The notes: generated by a model from the sequence alone, not told the origin. 64,000 nt of DNA from an uncultured Gammaproteobacteria bacterium (GCA_964372415.1 CAYJQH010000002.1:21803-85802), one strand, 5' to 3'; positions 9,544 to 21,054 are shown, counted from the stretch's first letter. Numbers and translations are program-made.

Positions 9544-9809
9544 AAGGGGAAGTTTCCCGAAATTCGGACACCATTATTTGCTGCATGACTACGTTGCGGA
9601 ACTCAGATTTTTTCCTTCCGTACGGTTTAAGTACGCCTCAAAAAATCTTCCCCGCGCCTTGCCCTGCAGCAAATACTGGCGTCCTCTGTTGAACAACAGA
9701 ATAATCAGCACACCCCACTTTGTGCCGCTGAGCACCACTTTACACCATTATTTTACCAACCCAAACCAAAAACCACCTTTTCTGTGGATAAAATTTACTT
9801 TAACCTAAT

Positions 9810-11150
9810 TCAGCTCTTTTTCTTAAGCGGCGAAATTCCAAGTGATCTTCGACTTCTGAGTACTCGATGATAGCTACCAGCAAAGCGATGCGCTTCATCA
9901 CGCGCTTTTTGAAATGTGTCTTTGAAGGCTTGTGCCACGCGACGCAGCTCGGCATTTGTCGTATCGTAAACCAAGCGATCTTGCTTTCGATCAAAACCTT
10001 TGGCAATGCCAATGACCGGAATTTTAAGGTCCATTTCTTTTAGTACCTCGTTGACCCGATTGACCTGCCCTTCTCCACCATCAATGATCATGATGTCCGG
10101 AAGCGGCCAAGCGTGCGGCGAAACCTTGTTGCGTGTTAGGCGTCGACGGAGCATCTCCTCCATTGCTCCGACATCATTGGCACCTTCAAAACCTTTTATT
10201 TTAAATTTTCGATATTCGCTCTTGTTTGGTTTGCCAGCCTCAAATACCACCATCGAACCAACGTTCGAGGTACCGGAAATATTTGCAATATCGTAAGCCT
10301 CGATACGACCGAGCGCGTTGATGTGTTTATTAATATCGTCGGCTTTATCAATAAACTCTTCCCGCATCAAGAGTCCGATATCTTGAACGTGTTCAAGAGC
10401 AAAAACCCGATCACGCAAGGAGGCTGCTTTTTCGAACTCATTCGCTCTCGCGGCGGCATTCATCTCACGTTTTAATTGCTTAAGAAGCGTATCTTTTCGT
10501 CCACTAAAGAAAAGCATGAGCTTTCGAATATTCCGTCGATACTCTTTTGGGAGAATAGTTCCAGCACAAACCCCCGGGCATTTGCCAATTTGAGCATCAA
10601 AACACGGCTTACTTGAACCGCTGACTTCCGGTGGGTTGCAGGTCGACCACGGAATAAATCGACGCACGAGGTCGAGTGCTATCTTGAGCGACCGAGCGCT
10701 CAAATACGGTCCATAAACAGCCAAAAATTGTCGTCGAGCTTTGAGTTGTAAAAATTTCGAAAATGGTTGAATACCCAAGCGCTCGAGATCAAGGCCACGC
10801 ATGAGTACGGGTTTAGGAAAGTCTTCGTTCGTAAGACAGAGGTAAATAAAACTCTTGTCATCACGCCCGGCAATGTTGTATGGCGGTTTGTGGGTACGAA
10901 TATTATTTGCTTCGAGAACTAGCGCTTCAAGCACAGATCCGGTTTGCAGGTAATCGATACGCGCAATGTTAGCCACCAGATCAGCTGTCCGCTGATTTTC
11001 TTTTTTTCCCACGAAGTATGAACCAACGCGCTTCTTGAGCGATGTCGCCTTACCTATATACAGCAACTTATTTTTGAGGTCGTAATAAAAATACACCCCA
11101 GGAGCATCGGGTAATTGATTATTGAGAATTTGGATCTCCTGCGGGATCAT
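9810..11150 (-). CDS. uvrC: Excinuclease ABC subunit C (UvrC), short form lacking the C-terminal (HhH)2 domain
   Basis: GIY-YIG N-terminus (GVYFYYD…LLYIGKA), Cys-rich region, UvrB-interacting region (…EFEKAASLRDRV…) and RNase-H-like endonuclease domain. At 446 aa it ends before the usual helix-hairpin-helix tail. Confidence 0.8.
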   Translation of the reverse strand: MIPQEIQILNNQLPDAPGVYFYYDLKNKLLYIGKATSLKKRVGSYFVGKKENQRTADLVANIARIDYLQTGSVLEALVLEANNIRTHKPPYNIAGRDDKSFIYLCLTNEDFPKPVLMRGLDLERLGIQPFSKFLQLKARRQFLAVYGPYLSARSLKIALDLVRRFIPWSTCNPPEVSGSSKPCFDAQIGKCPGVCAGTILPKEYRRNIRKLMLFFSGRKDTLLKQLKREMNAAARANEFEKAASLRDRVFALEHVQDIGLLMREEFIDKADDINKHINALGRIEAYDIANISGTSNVGSMVVFEAGKPNKSEYRKFKIKGFEGANDVGAMEEMLRRRLTRNKVSPHAWPLPDIMIIDGGEGQVNRVNEVLKEMDLKIPVIGIAKGFDRKQDRLVYDTTNAELRRVAQAFKDTFQKARDEAHRFAGSYHRVLRSRRSLGISPLKKKS

Positions 11151-11155
11151 ACGAA

Positions 11156-12190
11156 TCAGTCGGCGAGAATCACTAAACTATTAAGAACCTCTTCATAAAT
11201 CTTTTCGTCAAACTCAGGGTTAGCGGCAATTACGTAGTATCGGGTTGGACCTTCCTCCGCTCGAACATCGGTCACGATGTGACGACCATTACGCCACTCT
11301 GGTTGATCGGCAAAATCAGCTACGTTGGCTTTCTTTTCAATGTCGTAACGCTTGGCGGTGTAACTATTAGCAATCGTCAGATCTGCAGTCGCATGGATAG
11401 TTACGGTCCGCAACGTTAGGAATTCGCTCGCATCAAAGTAGCGAATAAAAATTTGCGATCGTTCGCGGGCGGTCCCCTCGCCTTCGAGACTGAAGATATT
11501 CAGAGCTTCGATCGACGGCACGTATTCAACTTCCATGTTCTCGGGAATAATGAACTGAATCGCGAACACATTCGCTCCCCTCTCGCTCGCGTCAAAACGC
11601 CGAGGTGAAGTAAGCATGCTTACCTCGTGCTCAGCAAAATAATTGGTCGGGTTCAACCAGGTACTAACCTCCTCGGCCGTACGTTCGTAACCATTGATCT
11701 TGATTGGCTCACCTTGGTACAAACCAAAGTGGAGATGCTTGCGCTCACCGTCGGTCTCTGGTGATCGATCGTCTCCTAAATTCCCGATCATTTGACCTTT
11801 AATCACGGTATCTCCTGGCTCAAGCGTTACGGAGCCAAGATCGAGATGACCATACAAAGCGTTCACGTCGCCGTGATCAATGAGCACAAAACCGCCGTAT
11901 CCCGAAACAAATTCTGCTCGCTCAACGGTGCCATCAGAAATTGCTACCACCGGCACTTCCTCGCCCACATCTTCGTATTCCACATCGTCGCCGACGTGAT
12001 AGCCCACAAAGCGGTCGCTAATGTATTCGCCAAACGACTTAACTGTTCGGCGTTCCACGTAATCATCAATCGGTAAGGTAACACTGGGGGTTACGTTAGT
12101 AACCCCGTTATTCGAGGTTTTTGGTAATGCGCTCGGTGCACAACCTGCGCCGAGCGCTAACAAACTCACGATCGCGAGAAGTTGATACAT
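11156..12190 (-). CDS. Secreted M23-family metallopeptidase (LytM domain), possible lipoprotein
   Basis: Signal peptide ending …LALGAGC. LytM motifs HxxxD and HLHFG (DHGDVNALYGHL…KHLHFGLY). The C-terminal ~150 aa are of unknown function. Confidence 0.75.
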   Translation of the reverse strand: MYQLLAIVSLLALGAGCAPSALPKTSNNGVTNVTPSVTLPIDDYVERRTVKSFGEYISDRFVGYHVGDDVEYEDVGEEVPVVAISDGTVERAEFVSGYGGFVLIDHGDVNALYGHLDLGSVTLEPGDTVIKGQMIGNLGDDRSPETDGERKHLHFGLYQGEPIKINGYERTAEEVSTWLNPTNYFAEHEVSMLTSPRRFDASERGANVFAIQFIIPENMEVEYVPSIEALNIFSLEGEGTARERSQIFIRYFDASEFLTLRTVTIHATADLTIANSYTAKRYDIEKKANVADFADQPEWRNGRHIVTDVRAEEGPTRYYVIAANPEFDEKIYEEVLNSLVILAD

Positions 12191-12192
12191 AT

Positions 12193-14724
12193 TTACTTTT
12201 TGGCACGTCCCACATAGGAACGCAAATATTTACCAGTGTGACTTAATGGTTTACGCGCAATATCTTCTGGGGTACCCGCAGCGACCACAGTGCCACCTTT
12301 GTCGCCTCCTTCGGGGCCCATATCTATAACCCAGTCAGCAGTTTTGATGACGTCCAGGTTGTGCTCAATCACCACCATCGTGTTTCCTTTGTCCACCAAT
12401 CGGTGAAGAACTTCAAGGAGCTGCCTGACATCGTCGAAGTGCAGACCGGTCGTCGGTTCATCGAGAAGGTAAAGCGTTTTACCTGTCTGTCGTCGTGCGA
12501 GTTCGGTGGCGAGCTTCACTCGCTGCGCCTCGCCGCCCGAGAGCGTAGTCGCCGACTGGCCAAGAGTGATGTACGACAAACCAACCTCATTTAAGGCTCT
12601 GAGCTTATTGTGAATGTCAGATATATCTTTAAAAAACTGCTCGGCGATTTCGACCGTCATGCTGAGCACATCCGAGATGTTTTTTTCTTTATAGGTGACC
12701 TCAAGTGTTTCCCGATTAAAACGTTTCCCTTTGCACACTTCACAAACCACATACACCGTGGGCAGAAAGTGCATCTCAATCTCAATCACGCCGTGGCCTT
12801 CGCAGTGATCGCAACGACCACCCGGCACGTTAAAACTAAAACGACCCGATTTATAACCGCGGAAGCGCGCTTCCTCGGTGGCAGCAAATAATTCACGAAT
12901 TGGCCCCCAAGCACCAGTGTAGGTAGCGGGATTGGAGCGTGGCGTGCGACCGATGGCTGATTGATCAATAAGAATAGCTTTATCGATGTATTCAATGCCT
13001 AAAACTGCTTTATTTTTCCCTGGCTCGTCCCTTCCGCCATAAAGTTTCTTGGCTATCGACTTGTACATCACATCGTAGGCCAGGGTAGATTTGCCAGAAC
13101 CGGAGACACCGGTGACGCAAATAAATTTACGGAGCGGAAAGTCGACATCAACATTTTTGAGATTATTTTCGTGAGCCCCACGAACTTTAATCGCTCCGGC
13201 ATCCTTAGCGCGACGCTCTCGGGGAACAGGAATAGCCTCATCACCTCGTAAATAGGCTGCGGTTCGTGATTTTTTATTCTTAAAAATATCGGGCGTGCTG
13301 CCGGAACATACCACTTCTCCGCCATGAACTCCTGCCCCGGGCCCAATTTCTACCAAGTAATCTGAACGGCGAATCGTGTCTTCATCATGTTCAACCACAA
13401 GTACGGTGTTCCCGAGATCACGAAGATCCTCGAGCGTCTTAATCAGACGTTCGTTGTCGCGTTGATGTAAGCCAATGGTTGGCTCGTCGAGGACGTACAT
13501 GGCGCCTACTAAGCGCGAGCCGATTTGTGAAGCGAGTCGGATACGCTGCGCTTCACCTCCGGAAAGCGTACCGGCCGTTCGATTGAGCGTCAGGTAATGC
13601 AAACCGACATCCAACATAAAACCTAGCCGATTCGAGATTTCTTTAAAGATGCTCGTGGCAATCTCTTGTTGACGATCGGTTAGGCGTAGCTCAAGTAAAA
13701 AATTGATCGCCTCGTCGACTGACATAGCGGTCAGGTCAACAATCGATTTGCCACCTATAAATACATGCAAGGCTTCTTTGCGGAGTCGTGCTCCAAGACA
13801 GACTCCACACAATTCATCGGAGAACAATTCACGGGTGCCAAGGCCTGAACATTCCGAACAAGCGCCGTAAGGGCTATTGAAGGAAAAAAGTCGCGGCTCG
13901 ATTTCCGGAAATGAAAAACCATCAACTGGGCAACTAAATTTAGCCGACAAGTAACGTTCGGCGCCGTCGGGCATAAGCACGAGTGCCAGATCTTGGCCAC
14001 GATCGATGGCCTGCTCAAGGGCATCGGCTAGTCGCTGTCGAGATTCTTTAGTCGGCGAGGTCAACATGGCAGTCGGAATAGTATCGATGACGAGCTGAAT
14101 GTCGTGCGCTTTATAACGCGACAGCTCAATGCGCTCATTCAGACGGAACATCTTGCCATCAATCCGAACTTTGGCAAAACCGGCATTGTAAAGATCGTAC
14201 AACATTTGGTAGTATTCACCCTTTCGTCCGCGAACAATAGGCGCAAGAATCGAGATCTCGGTGGGCTTTTGGGAAACCTCGGACTTTGCTTTCAATTCTT
14301 TAATAACAATATCGACCATCTCATCGACAGTGAGTTTTTCGATCTTTCGGCCGCACTCTGGACAATGAGGTTCGCCAATACGCGCGTAGAGCACGCGTAG
14401 GTAGTCGTAAATTTCGGTAATCGTGGCGATTGTAGAACGAGGATTTCGGGAATGTGCCTTTTGATCGATAGAAATAGCTGGCGACAGACCCTCGATTTCA
14501 TCAACGTCAGGCTTTTGCATATTGCCCAAAAATTGTCGGGCGTAGGCCGACAAAGACTCGACGTATCGGCGCTGACCTTCGGCAAAAATGGTATCAAATG
14601 CCAACGAGGACTTCCCCGATCCAGAAAGCCCGGTGATACACACCAGTTTGTTGCGCGGCAATTCAAGCGAAATGTTCTTTAAGTTATGTTCGCGAGCACC
14701 TTTGATGATGATCTTGTCTTGCAT
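12193..14724 (-). CDS. uvrA: Excinuclease ABC subunit A (UvrA)
   Basis: 843 aa with two ABC ATPase modules ([20 protein letters not shown]) and zinc-finger Cys clusters. The N-terminus [20 protein letters not shown] is diagnostic. Confidence 0.9.
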   Translation of the reverse strand: MQDKIIIKGAREHNLKNISLELPRNKLVCITGLSGSGKSSLAFDTIFAEGQRRYVESLSAYARQFLGNMQKPDVDEIEGLSPAISIDQKAHSRNPRSTIATITEIYDYLRVLYARIGEPHCPECGRKIEKLTVDEMVDIVIKELKAKSEVSQKPTEISILAPIVRGRKGEYYQMLYDLYNAGFAKVRIDGKMFRLNERIELSRYKAHDIQLVIDTIPTAMLTSPTKESRQRLADALEQAIDRGQDLALVLMPDGAERYLSAKFSCPVDGFSFPEIEPRLFSFNSPYGACSECSGLGTRELFSDELCGVCLGARLRKEALHVFIGGKSIVDLTAMSVDEAINFLLELRLTDRQQEIATSIFKEISNRLGFMLDVGLHYLTLNRTAGTLSGGEAQRIRLASQIGSRLVGAMYVLDEPTIGLHQRDNERLIKTLEDLRDLGNTVLVVEHDEDTIRRSDYLVEIGPGAGVHGGEVVCSGSTPDIFKNKKSRTAAYLRGDEAIPVPRERRAKDAGAIKVRGAHENNLKNVDVDFPLRKFICVTGVSGSGKSTLAYDVMYKSIAKKLYGGRDEPGKNKAVLGIEYIDKAILIDQSAIGRTPRSNPATYTGAWGPIRELFAATEEARFRGYKSGRFSFNVPGGRCDHCEGHGVIEIEMHFLPTVYVVCEVCKGKRFNRETLEVTYKEKNISDVLSMTVEIAEQFFKDISDIHNKLRALNEVGLSYITLGQSATTLSGGEAQRVKLATELARRQTGKTLYLLDEPTTGLHFDDVRQLLEVLHRLVDKGNTMVVIEHNLDVIKTADWVIDMGPEGGDKGGTVVAAGTPEDIARKPLSHTGKYLRSYVGRAKK

Positions 14725-14760
14725 ATATATTTTCAGTATTGTGCGGGTTGGAGGTATTTA

Positions 14761-15201
14761 ATGTCTTCCGAAAAACCAGAAGTGAGGCAAGCCGGTTGCG
14801 GCGGTCTGGGCTCGGCTGAAGGCGGTTTGCCGCGCGTCGATCCGAGACACGGACACGATCCGGGCGATGAGGACCCGACTGTCGATAAACCTATTTTCGA
14901 AGACCCAACGGTGCTCAATGATCTGCCACGCGACGCTTCGACCAACCGCGTCGGCCCACCGATCTATGAGCTGCCAACTGAGGCAGGACGCACCACCTGG
15001 GGCTGGGATCAACAGACTCGCTCTCCAGCCGAGATCACCGCGGCCATGTTTCTCCTCACCACGATGGGGCGTCTCCCCTATCGAGACATTCTTCTCCTTG
15101 CCGATCAGTGTGTAGGCGCGAACCTGAACAGCTTGTCGGACGAGGATCGTCAACTGTTCTTCGAGCGCCTGGCAGCGCTCAAGAGCCGCTACCAGAGTTA
15201 A
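14761..15201 (+). CDS. GC-rich small hypothetical protein (146 aa, Pro/Asp-rich) inserted between uvrA and uvrB
   Basis: ATG at 14761 preceded by GGAGG at -12. Codon usage is strongly GC-biased relative to the flanking genes. It exactly fills the uvrB-uvrA intergenic gap in the opposite orientation, and its 3' end overlaps the uvrB stop by 23 nt. Confidence 0.5.
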   Translation: MSSEKPEVRQAGCGGLGSAEGGLPRVDPRHGHDPGDEDPTVDKPIFEDPTVLNDLPRDASTNRVGPPIYELPTEAGRTTWGWDQQTRSPAEITAAMFLLTTMGRLPYRDILLLADQCVGANLNSLSDEDRQLFFERLAALKSRYQS

Positions 15202-17248
15202 TCGGCAACTCCTTGCTGCGACGCCTCGCTTGTTTCTTAGCAGGCGTTTTTTGTTTACCTGAAAGTTCTTTTTCGAGCAGGGCTATCTCGTCACGCAGAA
15301 TTGCCGCTGTTTCGAAAAGCAAGTTGGCGGCTGCGGCTTTCATTTCGACCTTTTTCTCATTTATTACTTCTTCTAGCTCCTTAGGACTTGCCGTGAGTTC
15401 GATCTGAAGAATTTGCTTAGTTTTATCTTCGCTCACCTCGCCGAGCATGGCTCTGATATCAGAAATCTTTTTATTAATACTCTTTGGCGTAATGCCATGT
15501 TCTTTGTTGTACGCGAGCTGAAGTACCCGACGGCGCTTGGTTTCGTTTAGTGCTCGTTCTAGTGAACCGGTTTGATGATCCGCATAAAGCACCACGAGAC
15601 CGTTAACGTTGCGTGCGGCACGACCAATAGTTTGCACGAGCGATGTTTCGGATCGAAGAAAGCCCTCTTTATCGGCGTCTAGAATACCAATAAGCGAGAC
15701 CTCCGGCAGGTCTAATCCTTCACGAAGTAAGTTAACTCCGACCAGGACATCATATGCGCCACGTCGCAAATCAGAGAGAATCGTAATGCGTTCCAGGGTT
15801 TCGATATCAGAGTGTAAATAAGCGACTTTTATTCCCTCATCCTTCAGATACTGCGCCAAATCTTCAGCCATTTTTTTAGTCAGAGTCGTAATTAGTGCGC
15901 GTTCTCCTTGATCAACTCGCTCCCGGATTCGCTTGATGATGTCTTTTACCTGACCGGGGTGATCGCCACTAGGAATAACTGGCAGGACAAGTGTTTGTGG
16001 GTCAACCAGTCCGGTAGGGCGGACAATTTGCTCGACGACCTGTTCCGAAATCTGTCGTTCGTAGGGTCCCGGGGTGGCTGACACCATCACCATCTGATTA
16101 ACTTGGCCAATAAATTCATCAAAAGTTAGCGGTCGATTGTCTTTAGCTGAGGGCAACCGGAATCCGTGCTCAATTAGCGTTTGTTTACGGGCTTGATCAC
16201 CAGCATACATACCCCCGATTTGCGGCAAGGTGACGTGTGACTCGTCGACTATTGTCAAAAAGCCATCCGGAAAGTATGACAATAAAGTTGATGGCGGCTG
16301 ACCCGGCGATCGGCCATCGAAGTGTCGCGAATAATTTTCAATGCCACTGCAGTAACCAAGATTACGAATCATTTCTATGTCGTATCTTGTGCGACGCGAT
16401 AATCGTTCGTATTCAAGAACCTTGCCCTGGGTATCAAACTCTTTTAGACGGGCTCCCAGTTCGGATTCAATATCCTTAAGAGCCCGCTCGCGTTCCCCGG
16501 GTGCGCTCATGAAGTGTTTGGCCGGAAAAAGCCAAACGTCTTCTGGTTGGTCTTTGATCTCGCGGGTTACCGGGTCGAGGCGAAAGATTTGTCGTACCTT
16601 CTCACCTTCAAGAACGATGCGATAAATCACCTCTTCATTGACCGGCATGACCTCGATAACGTCACCGCGAGCGCGGAACTGACCGCGTGTCAGATCACTT
16701 GTTGTGCGAGTGAATTGCATCTCGACCAGTCGCCGCATGATCTCCTCGCGAGCCTGTTGCTGCTGAGCGGTCACCCGCAGCACAACCGCTTGATACTCCT
16801 CAGGCGAGCCCAAACCGTAAATGCAAGACACCGAGGCCACGATAATGACATCCTTACGAGTTAGCAGCGCTTGCGTGGCTGCGTGCCGAAGGCGATCGAT
16901 CTCGTCGTTGATCGTGGCTTCTTTTTCGATATACGTGTCAGTTCGTGGCAAGTAGGCCTCTGGCTGATAGTAGTCGTAGTACGAAACGAAGTATTCGACG
17001 ACGTTATCGGGAAAAAATTCGCGAAACTCGTTACACAGTTGAGCAGCTAGAGTTTTGTTGTGCGCTATAACGAGCGTTGGCTTTTGGATCTGCTGAATCA
17101 CGTTGGCCATCGTAAAAGTTTTGCCTGAGCCAGTTACGCCAAGCAATGTTTGGCGCGACAAACCCTCACGAAGTCCGTTCGTGAGTTGCTCGATCGCTTT
17201 AGGCTGATCACCAGCCGGCTGATACTCGGAATTTAACTTGAATTGCAT
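15179..17248 (-). CDS. uvrB: Excinuclease ABC subunit B (UvrB), with a ~24-aa basic C-terminal extension
   Basis: [11 protein letters not shown]alker A, helicase motifs, and the UvrC-binding helix (…[12 protein letters not shown]…). The tail …[19 protein letters not shown] extends past the usual terminus. Confidence 0.9.
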   Translation of the reverse strand: MQFKLNSEYQPAGDQPKAIEQLTNGLREGLSRQTLLGVTGSGKTFTMANVIQQIQKPTLVIAHNKTLAAQLCNEFREFFPDNVVEYFVSYYDYYQPEAYLPRTDTYIEKEATINDEIDRLRHAATQALLTRKDVIIVASVSCIYGLGSPEEYQAVVLRVTAQQQQAREEIMRRLVEMQFTRTTSDLTRGQFRARGDVIEVMPVNEEVIYRIVLEGEKVRQIFRLDPVTREIKDQPEDVWLFPAKHFMSAPGERERALKDIESELGARLKEFDTQGKVLEYERLSRRTRYDIEMIRNLGYCSGIENYSRHFDGRSPGQPPSTLLSYFPDGFLTIVDESHVTLPQIGGMYAGDQARKQTLIEHGFRLPSAKDNRPLTFDEFIGQVNQMVMVSATPGPYERQISEQVVEQIVRPTGLVDPQTLVLPVIPSGDHPGQVKDIIKRIRERVDQGERALITTLTKKMAEDLAQYLKDEGIKVAYLHSDIETLERITILSDLRRGAYDVLVGVNLLREGLDLPEVSLIGILDADKEGFLRSETSLVQTIGRAARNVNGLVVLYADHQTGSLERALNETKRRRVLQLAYNKEHGITPKSINKKISDIRAMLGEVSEDKTKQILQIELTASPKELEEVINEKKVEMKAAAANLLFETAAILRDEIALLEKELSGKQKTPAKKQARRRSKELPINSGSGS

Positions 17249-17359
17249 AACTACAGAGATGCCTCACTTTCGTTTGGCATAAAATCAGCAAATGCCCCAA
17301 GAGCGGAGGCTCTAGGGGTATGTTCGTATTTTGTACGGTTACAATAACATGCCTAATTA

Positions 17360-17863
17360 TCACTGTCGAGAAGTATCCACACCTCCGCCAAGACTTTTTT
17401 TCTCAATCACGTCAAGGGTTCCAGCCGGCACCTTACTTCGCCATGCTTTATTGCCACTTGCAATCAACTGACGAATTTCCGCGCCAACAATGCCTGGCAC
17501 TGGCACCACTTTTTTCGTGGCGATATTTTTCTTTTCGAAAATTGATCGTACCGCTTCGTTGCCACTCCAAATCACCGGCTCGGTTGGGTTATTAGCAGCA
17601 TCGAGCACATGGACTGCCCAATCTTCATCAGCTGGCGCGTCCTTAACAACGGCAATAGTTGCGTCCGGCAGATTGGCCGCCAACAGGGCGCCAGAAATCA
17701 TTTCGCGACGTTGTTCTAGTGTGAAAGGGTCTTCGTTACCGTTCTTGACCCCATCGCAAATAACCACGACAACGCTATCAGACAATTTTGCCATGCCTTG
17801 GACAACCATCAGGTGTCCGTTATGAAATGGCTGAAATCGACCAGGGAAAATAAGCGTGGACAT
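17360..17863 (-). CDS. Archaeal-type nicotinamide-nucleotide adenylyltransferase (NadM-like cytidylyltransferase fold)
   Basis: GRFQPFHNGH (HxGH) motif at the N-terminus; 167 aa. Confidence 0.7.
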   Translation of the reverse strand: MSTLIFPGRFQPFHNGHLMVVQGMAKLSDSVVVVICDGVKNGNEDPFTLEQRREMISGALLAANLPDATIAVVKDAPADEDWAVHVLDAANNPTEPVIWSGNEAVRSIFEKKNIATKKVVPVPGIVGAEIRQLIASGNKAWRSKVPAGTLDVIEKKSLGGGVDTSRQ

Positions 17864-17866
17864 AAG

Positions 17867-18787
17867 CTAGTCTGTCATTAGTCGCTCTTTGGTCATAACC
17901 GGGAGCGCAAATTTTCGAGTCAGCTGAGTTAAAAGAAGCGGCGGAACATCAATCTTGGACATGTCATTTGTCCCTGTGCCGCGCCCCGACAAGGCCTCAA
18001 GATAACCAATGTCATGAGGATCAAAACCCATGAGCGTGGCCGCTACGGCATCGGCGGCAACTGGATCAGTACTCGCCAACACTACTCCCATTGAGACCGG
18101 CGTGCCATCAACTGGGCCATCACCTTCCATGCCCAGGATACCATCAATAACTACCAAATCGCAGGGTAAATGTTTAAAAAGCTGAGCAATGAGCTCATTG
18201 GCTGCTGCCAGTCCATAAGCGTTGAGCCAGGGAGCCCGAGACCAAACCCGTCCCTGAATACCTACCCGTGAGGGCACAATCATCGTTGCCTCAGACCACG
18301 AACTGATAGCGAGTGACGCCCCATAAACATGATGGGTCTTAAGAGGCGCGACGGCAATTCGTAAATCACAATCACGCACCAATCGTGGCCGACGAACCGC
18401 GACAGTTCGACCTTCAACCAGATATGATTCCTCGTAAATATCTTCGTCGTTCAAGTCGACGAGTGAAAGATTGACGTACTGCGTGATTAAGCCTTCATAG
18501 CCAAAATTTCTAAAACTAGCCTTAGTGCCGTAATGCGCCCCGTCGGCGATCACAATAGGAACATCGGTATATACCCGAATCTGATCCAAGACTCCCCGTA
18601 CCGCGTCAACGTGGGTTGAGGCAAGTTGCAGTTCATGATGCGTTAGGTTGGGCTGAATTAGAATCTGCTTGGCGGATCTAAAACGAGCCACAGCCTCATT
18701 GCCAAGCTCATCGATTGCCTGGCGCACAGCTTTTCGACGATGTTCGTTCTGGATCAAGGCAACCTTCTGCATAGCTGGCCTGAGCAT
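17867..18787 (-). CDS. DUF362 domain protein
   Basis: 306 aa with the GILGMEGDGPVDG motif characteristic of DUF362. Confidence 0.5.
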   Translation of the reverse strand: MLRPAMQKVALIQNEHRRKAVRQAIDELGNEAVARFRSAKQILIQPNLTHHELQLASTHVDAVRGVLDQIRVYTDVPIVIADGAHYGTKASFRNFGYEGLITQYVNLSLVDLNDEDIYEESYLVEGRTVAVRRPRLVRDCDLRIAVAPLKTHHVYGASLAISSWSEATMIVPSRVGIQGRVWSRAPWLNAYGLAAANELIAQLFKHLPCDLVVIDGILGMEGDGPVDGTPVSMGVVLASTDPVAADAVAATLMGFDPHDIGYLEALSGRGTGTNDMSKIDVPPLLLTQLTRKFALPVMTKERLMTD

Positions 18788-18815
18788 ACACAGGCTACCT
18801 TAGAGAGGCAATGAG

Positions 18816-20051
18816 TTATTCGTAACGCAAAGCTTCAATTGGACTTTTCCGGGAAGCGCGTAGCGCTGGGTAAAGCCCAAAAACAATACCAGTAATAGCC
18901 GCTACGACAAGCGCTGCCCCGGCGGCTGAAGAGGGAAAAATATAAGTCCACTCCATATTGATTATTGAGCTTAAAATCTTCGATGCCAAAAACGACAATC
19001 CTGATCCGAAAATTATCCCTATTAGGCCGCCAAGAGTTGTGAGTAATAAAGCTTCAAAAAGAAACTGCAAAAGAATGTCTCTGTTTCTGGCTCCGAGTGC
19101 TTTACGCAAGCCTATCTCTTTGGTCCGTTCAGTGACAGCCACCAGCATAATATTCATAATGCCAATACCACCGACTACGAGAGAAATCGCCGCAATCGCC
19201 GAAAGAAAAACGGTCAAAATGTTGGTTACGCTAGCTACTTGTTTGGCTGCATCAGCTTGGGAAGTAACATGAAAATCGTCGTTTATAGGATCGTCAATAG
19301 AATGTTCCCGACGGAGGGTGCTTAGAATTTCCTCCTTAGCGAGCGGTACAGCTTCTTCACTTATGGCCTGAGTAATAATCATGTTGTAGTGATCAATGTC
19401 CACCATATCCTGAGCGGTGGTGTAAGGGATGAGCACCATGAAATCGACTTCGAAGAGACCAAAAAAACCCTTCTTATCAAACGTGCCAATAACTTCAAAT
19501 TCTTCGTTCTGTATCTCAATCGTCTGCCCAACTGGATCTTGGTTCGGGAATAATTCCTGACGCACCTCAAACCCAAGTACCGCAACTTTACGCTTAGAAG
19601 AGACATCTTCCTCCCTTAGCAAGCGACCGGTGGAGAGTGAGACACCAAAAACCGAGGCAAAATTTTCCGTTGAACCGGTAGTACTCGCTTCGGCCGAAAA
19701 CTTGTCAATCATCACCCGGCCAGGAACAAAAACAACAGGGGCTAAATCAACCAAATTTGGTGCGTTTGCTTTATCACTCAACACCTCAAGATCACTGTTT
19801 TTAAGAGAATTAGACAAAAGGGACACAAGATCAGAAGGCGTTTCGGGCATCGGTCCTGGCTCAATAATAATCGTGCCGAGGCCAAGCCCTTGAATTTGAC
19901 CCAAAATCAAATTCTCGGCCCCCTGCCCCACGGACTGGATGAGGGTGATTGAGGTCACGCCAATAACAATGCCAAGAATCGTGAGCGCAGAACGCGTGGC
20001 GTGGGCCCAAAGGCCCGACAAGGCGGTCTTGAAAGCGTGAGATATTTTCAT
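18816..20051 (-). CDS. ABC transporter permease, MacB/FtsX-like
   Basis: N-terminal TM helix, large periplasmic domain, and a C-terminal FtsX-like 3-TM module; 411 aa. Confidence 0.8.
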   Translation of the reverse strand: MKISHAFKTALSGLWAHATRSALTILGIVIGVTSITLIQSVGQGAENLILGQIQGLGLGTIIIEPGPMPETPSDLVSLLSNSLKNSDLEVLSDKANAPNLVDLAPVVFVPGRVMIDKFSAEASTTGSTENFASVFGVSLSTGRLLREEDVSSKRKVAVLGFEVRQELFPNQDPVGQTIEIQNEEFEVIGTFDKKGFFGLFEVDFMVLIPYTTAQDMVDIDHYNMIITQAISEEAVPLAKEEILSTLRREHSIDDPINDDFHVTSQADAAKQVASVTNILTVFLSAIAAISLVVGGIGIMNIMLVAVTERTKEIGLRKALGARNRDILLQFLFEALLLTTLGGLIGIIFGSGLSFLASKILSSIINMEWTYIFPSSAAGAALVVAAITGIVFGLYPALRASRKSPIEALRYE

Positions 20052-20929
20052 AATGAGTCACGGCTATCGCTTGCTATTTGTCCGTCTTTAATTCGAATCG
20101 TCCTTTTGGCCTGGCTTGCCGTCCAAGCATCGTGAGTGATAACAATAATGGTTCGACCTTTGGCGTGAAGATCATTTAAGGTTTCCATAACCGTCTGTCC
20201 AGAGACAGAGTCAAGATTTCCCGTTGGTTCATCGGCAAAAATGACCGCAGGATTATTAACTATCGACCTCGCAATCGCCACGCGTTGTTTTTCGCCTCCG
20301 GAAAGCTGGTTGGCTGTGTGGTTTAAGCGGTGCGAAAGTTGAACGGACTGAAGAGCCGTGGTGGCTAACTCGTCCCATATGCTTTTTGGCGTTTTTGAGT
20401 ACATGAGAGGGAGCTTCACGTTTTCAAGCACCGTAGCACGAGGCAAAAGATTGAAGGCTTGAAAAACAAAACCTAAACTCTCGTTACGCAAACGAGCTAA
20501 GGCATTTGGAGAAAGTTGTTCGGTATTGAGACCAGAAAAAAAATATTCACCGCTACTTGGTCGGTCAAGACAGCCAAGTAATTGCAAGAGCGTAGACTTG
20601 CCAGATCCCGATGGGCCCATGATGGCAATAAATTCTCCCTTGTTTATTGAAAGATTAACGTTCCGGAGCGCGACAGTTTGAACGCCGCCTGTTTCGTAGA
20701 CCTTACATAAATCGCGTGTTTCAATGAGAGCTTTTGCTGGCGTGACAGTGCTAGTTAAAGAAACTGTTTTGGCGCTCAAACGGGGCGTAAGGTTCTTGAA
20801 AGCATAACGAAGCTGACGCTTAGACCAACCTACACGTAACAACTCGTCGGAAATTTTTAACTCATCCAAACCCTGCTCTTGGGCGGCAATTATATAGGCC
20901 TTTAACTTTTCTATTTCTGCGGGTGTCAT
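20048..20929 (-). CDS. ABC transporter ATP-binding protein (MacB/LolD-like) with a ~75-aa N-terminal extension
   Basis: [11 protein letters not shown]alker [14 protein letters not shown] signature and a Walker B. 4-nt overlap with the permease gene. Confidence 0.85.
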   Translation of the reverse strand: MTPAEIEKLKAYIIAAQEQGLDELKISDELLRVGWSKRQLRYAFKNLTPRLSAKTVSLTSTVTPAKALIETRDLCKVYETGGVQTVALRNVNLSINKGEFIAIMGPSGSGKSTLLQLLGCLDRPSSGEYFFSGLNTEQLSPNALARLRNESLGFVFQAFNLLPRATVLENVKLPLMYSKTPKSIWDELATTALQSVQLSHRLNHTANQLSGGEKQRVAIARSIVNNPAVIFADEPTGNLDSVSGQTVMETLNDLHAKGRTIIVITHDAWTASQAKRTIRIKDGQIASDSRDSL

Positions 20930-20995
20930 AAAGGTGGGAGGTTACTCTGGTCAAACCGAATTAACAATCCCCAATAAAACAAAGCGTGGTAAAAG

Positions 20996-21024
20996 TTGAA
21001 ATTTTTCTCAACTTCAGCTATCAT
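20996..21024 (+). promoter_or_regulatory. Candidate sigma70-like promoter (TTGAAA-17-TATCAT) upstream of the tRNA-Gln leader element
   Basis: Hexamers read directly from the sequence with a 17-nt spacer. It lies ~45 nt upstream of the conserved element at 21055. Confidence 0.35.
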
Positions 21025-21054
21025 GATTACAATTTTTAACAAGAAAACGTATTA

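Noticed and set aside
9461-9808. 115-aa plus-strand ORF in the mraZ upstream region, and other 60-140-aa ORFs nested in uvrA, uvrB, pyrG and others (for example 12361-12594, 16514-16864, 40173-41174)
   Set aside because: They lie inside or antisense to well-supported genes, or in a promoter region, with no RBS or homology signal. Treated as spurious.
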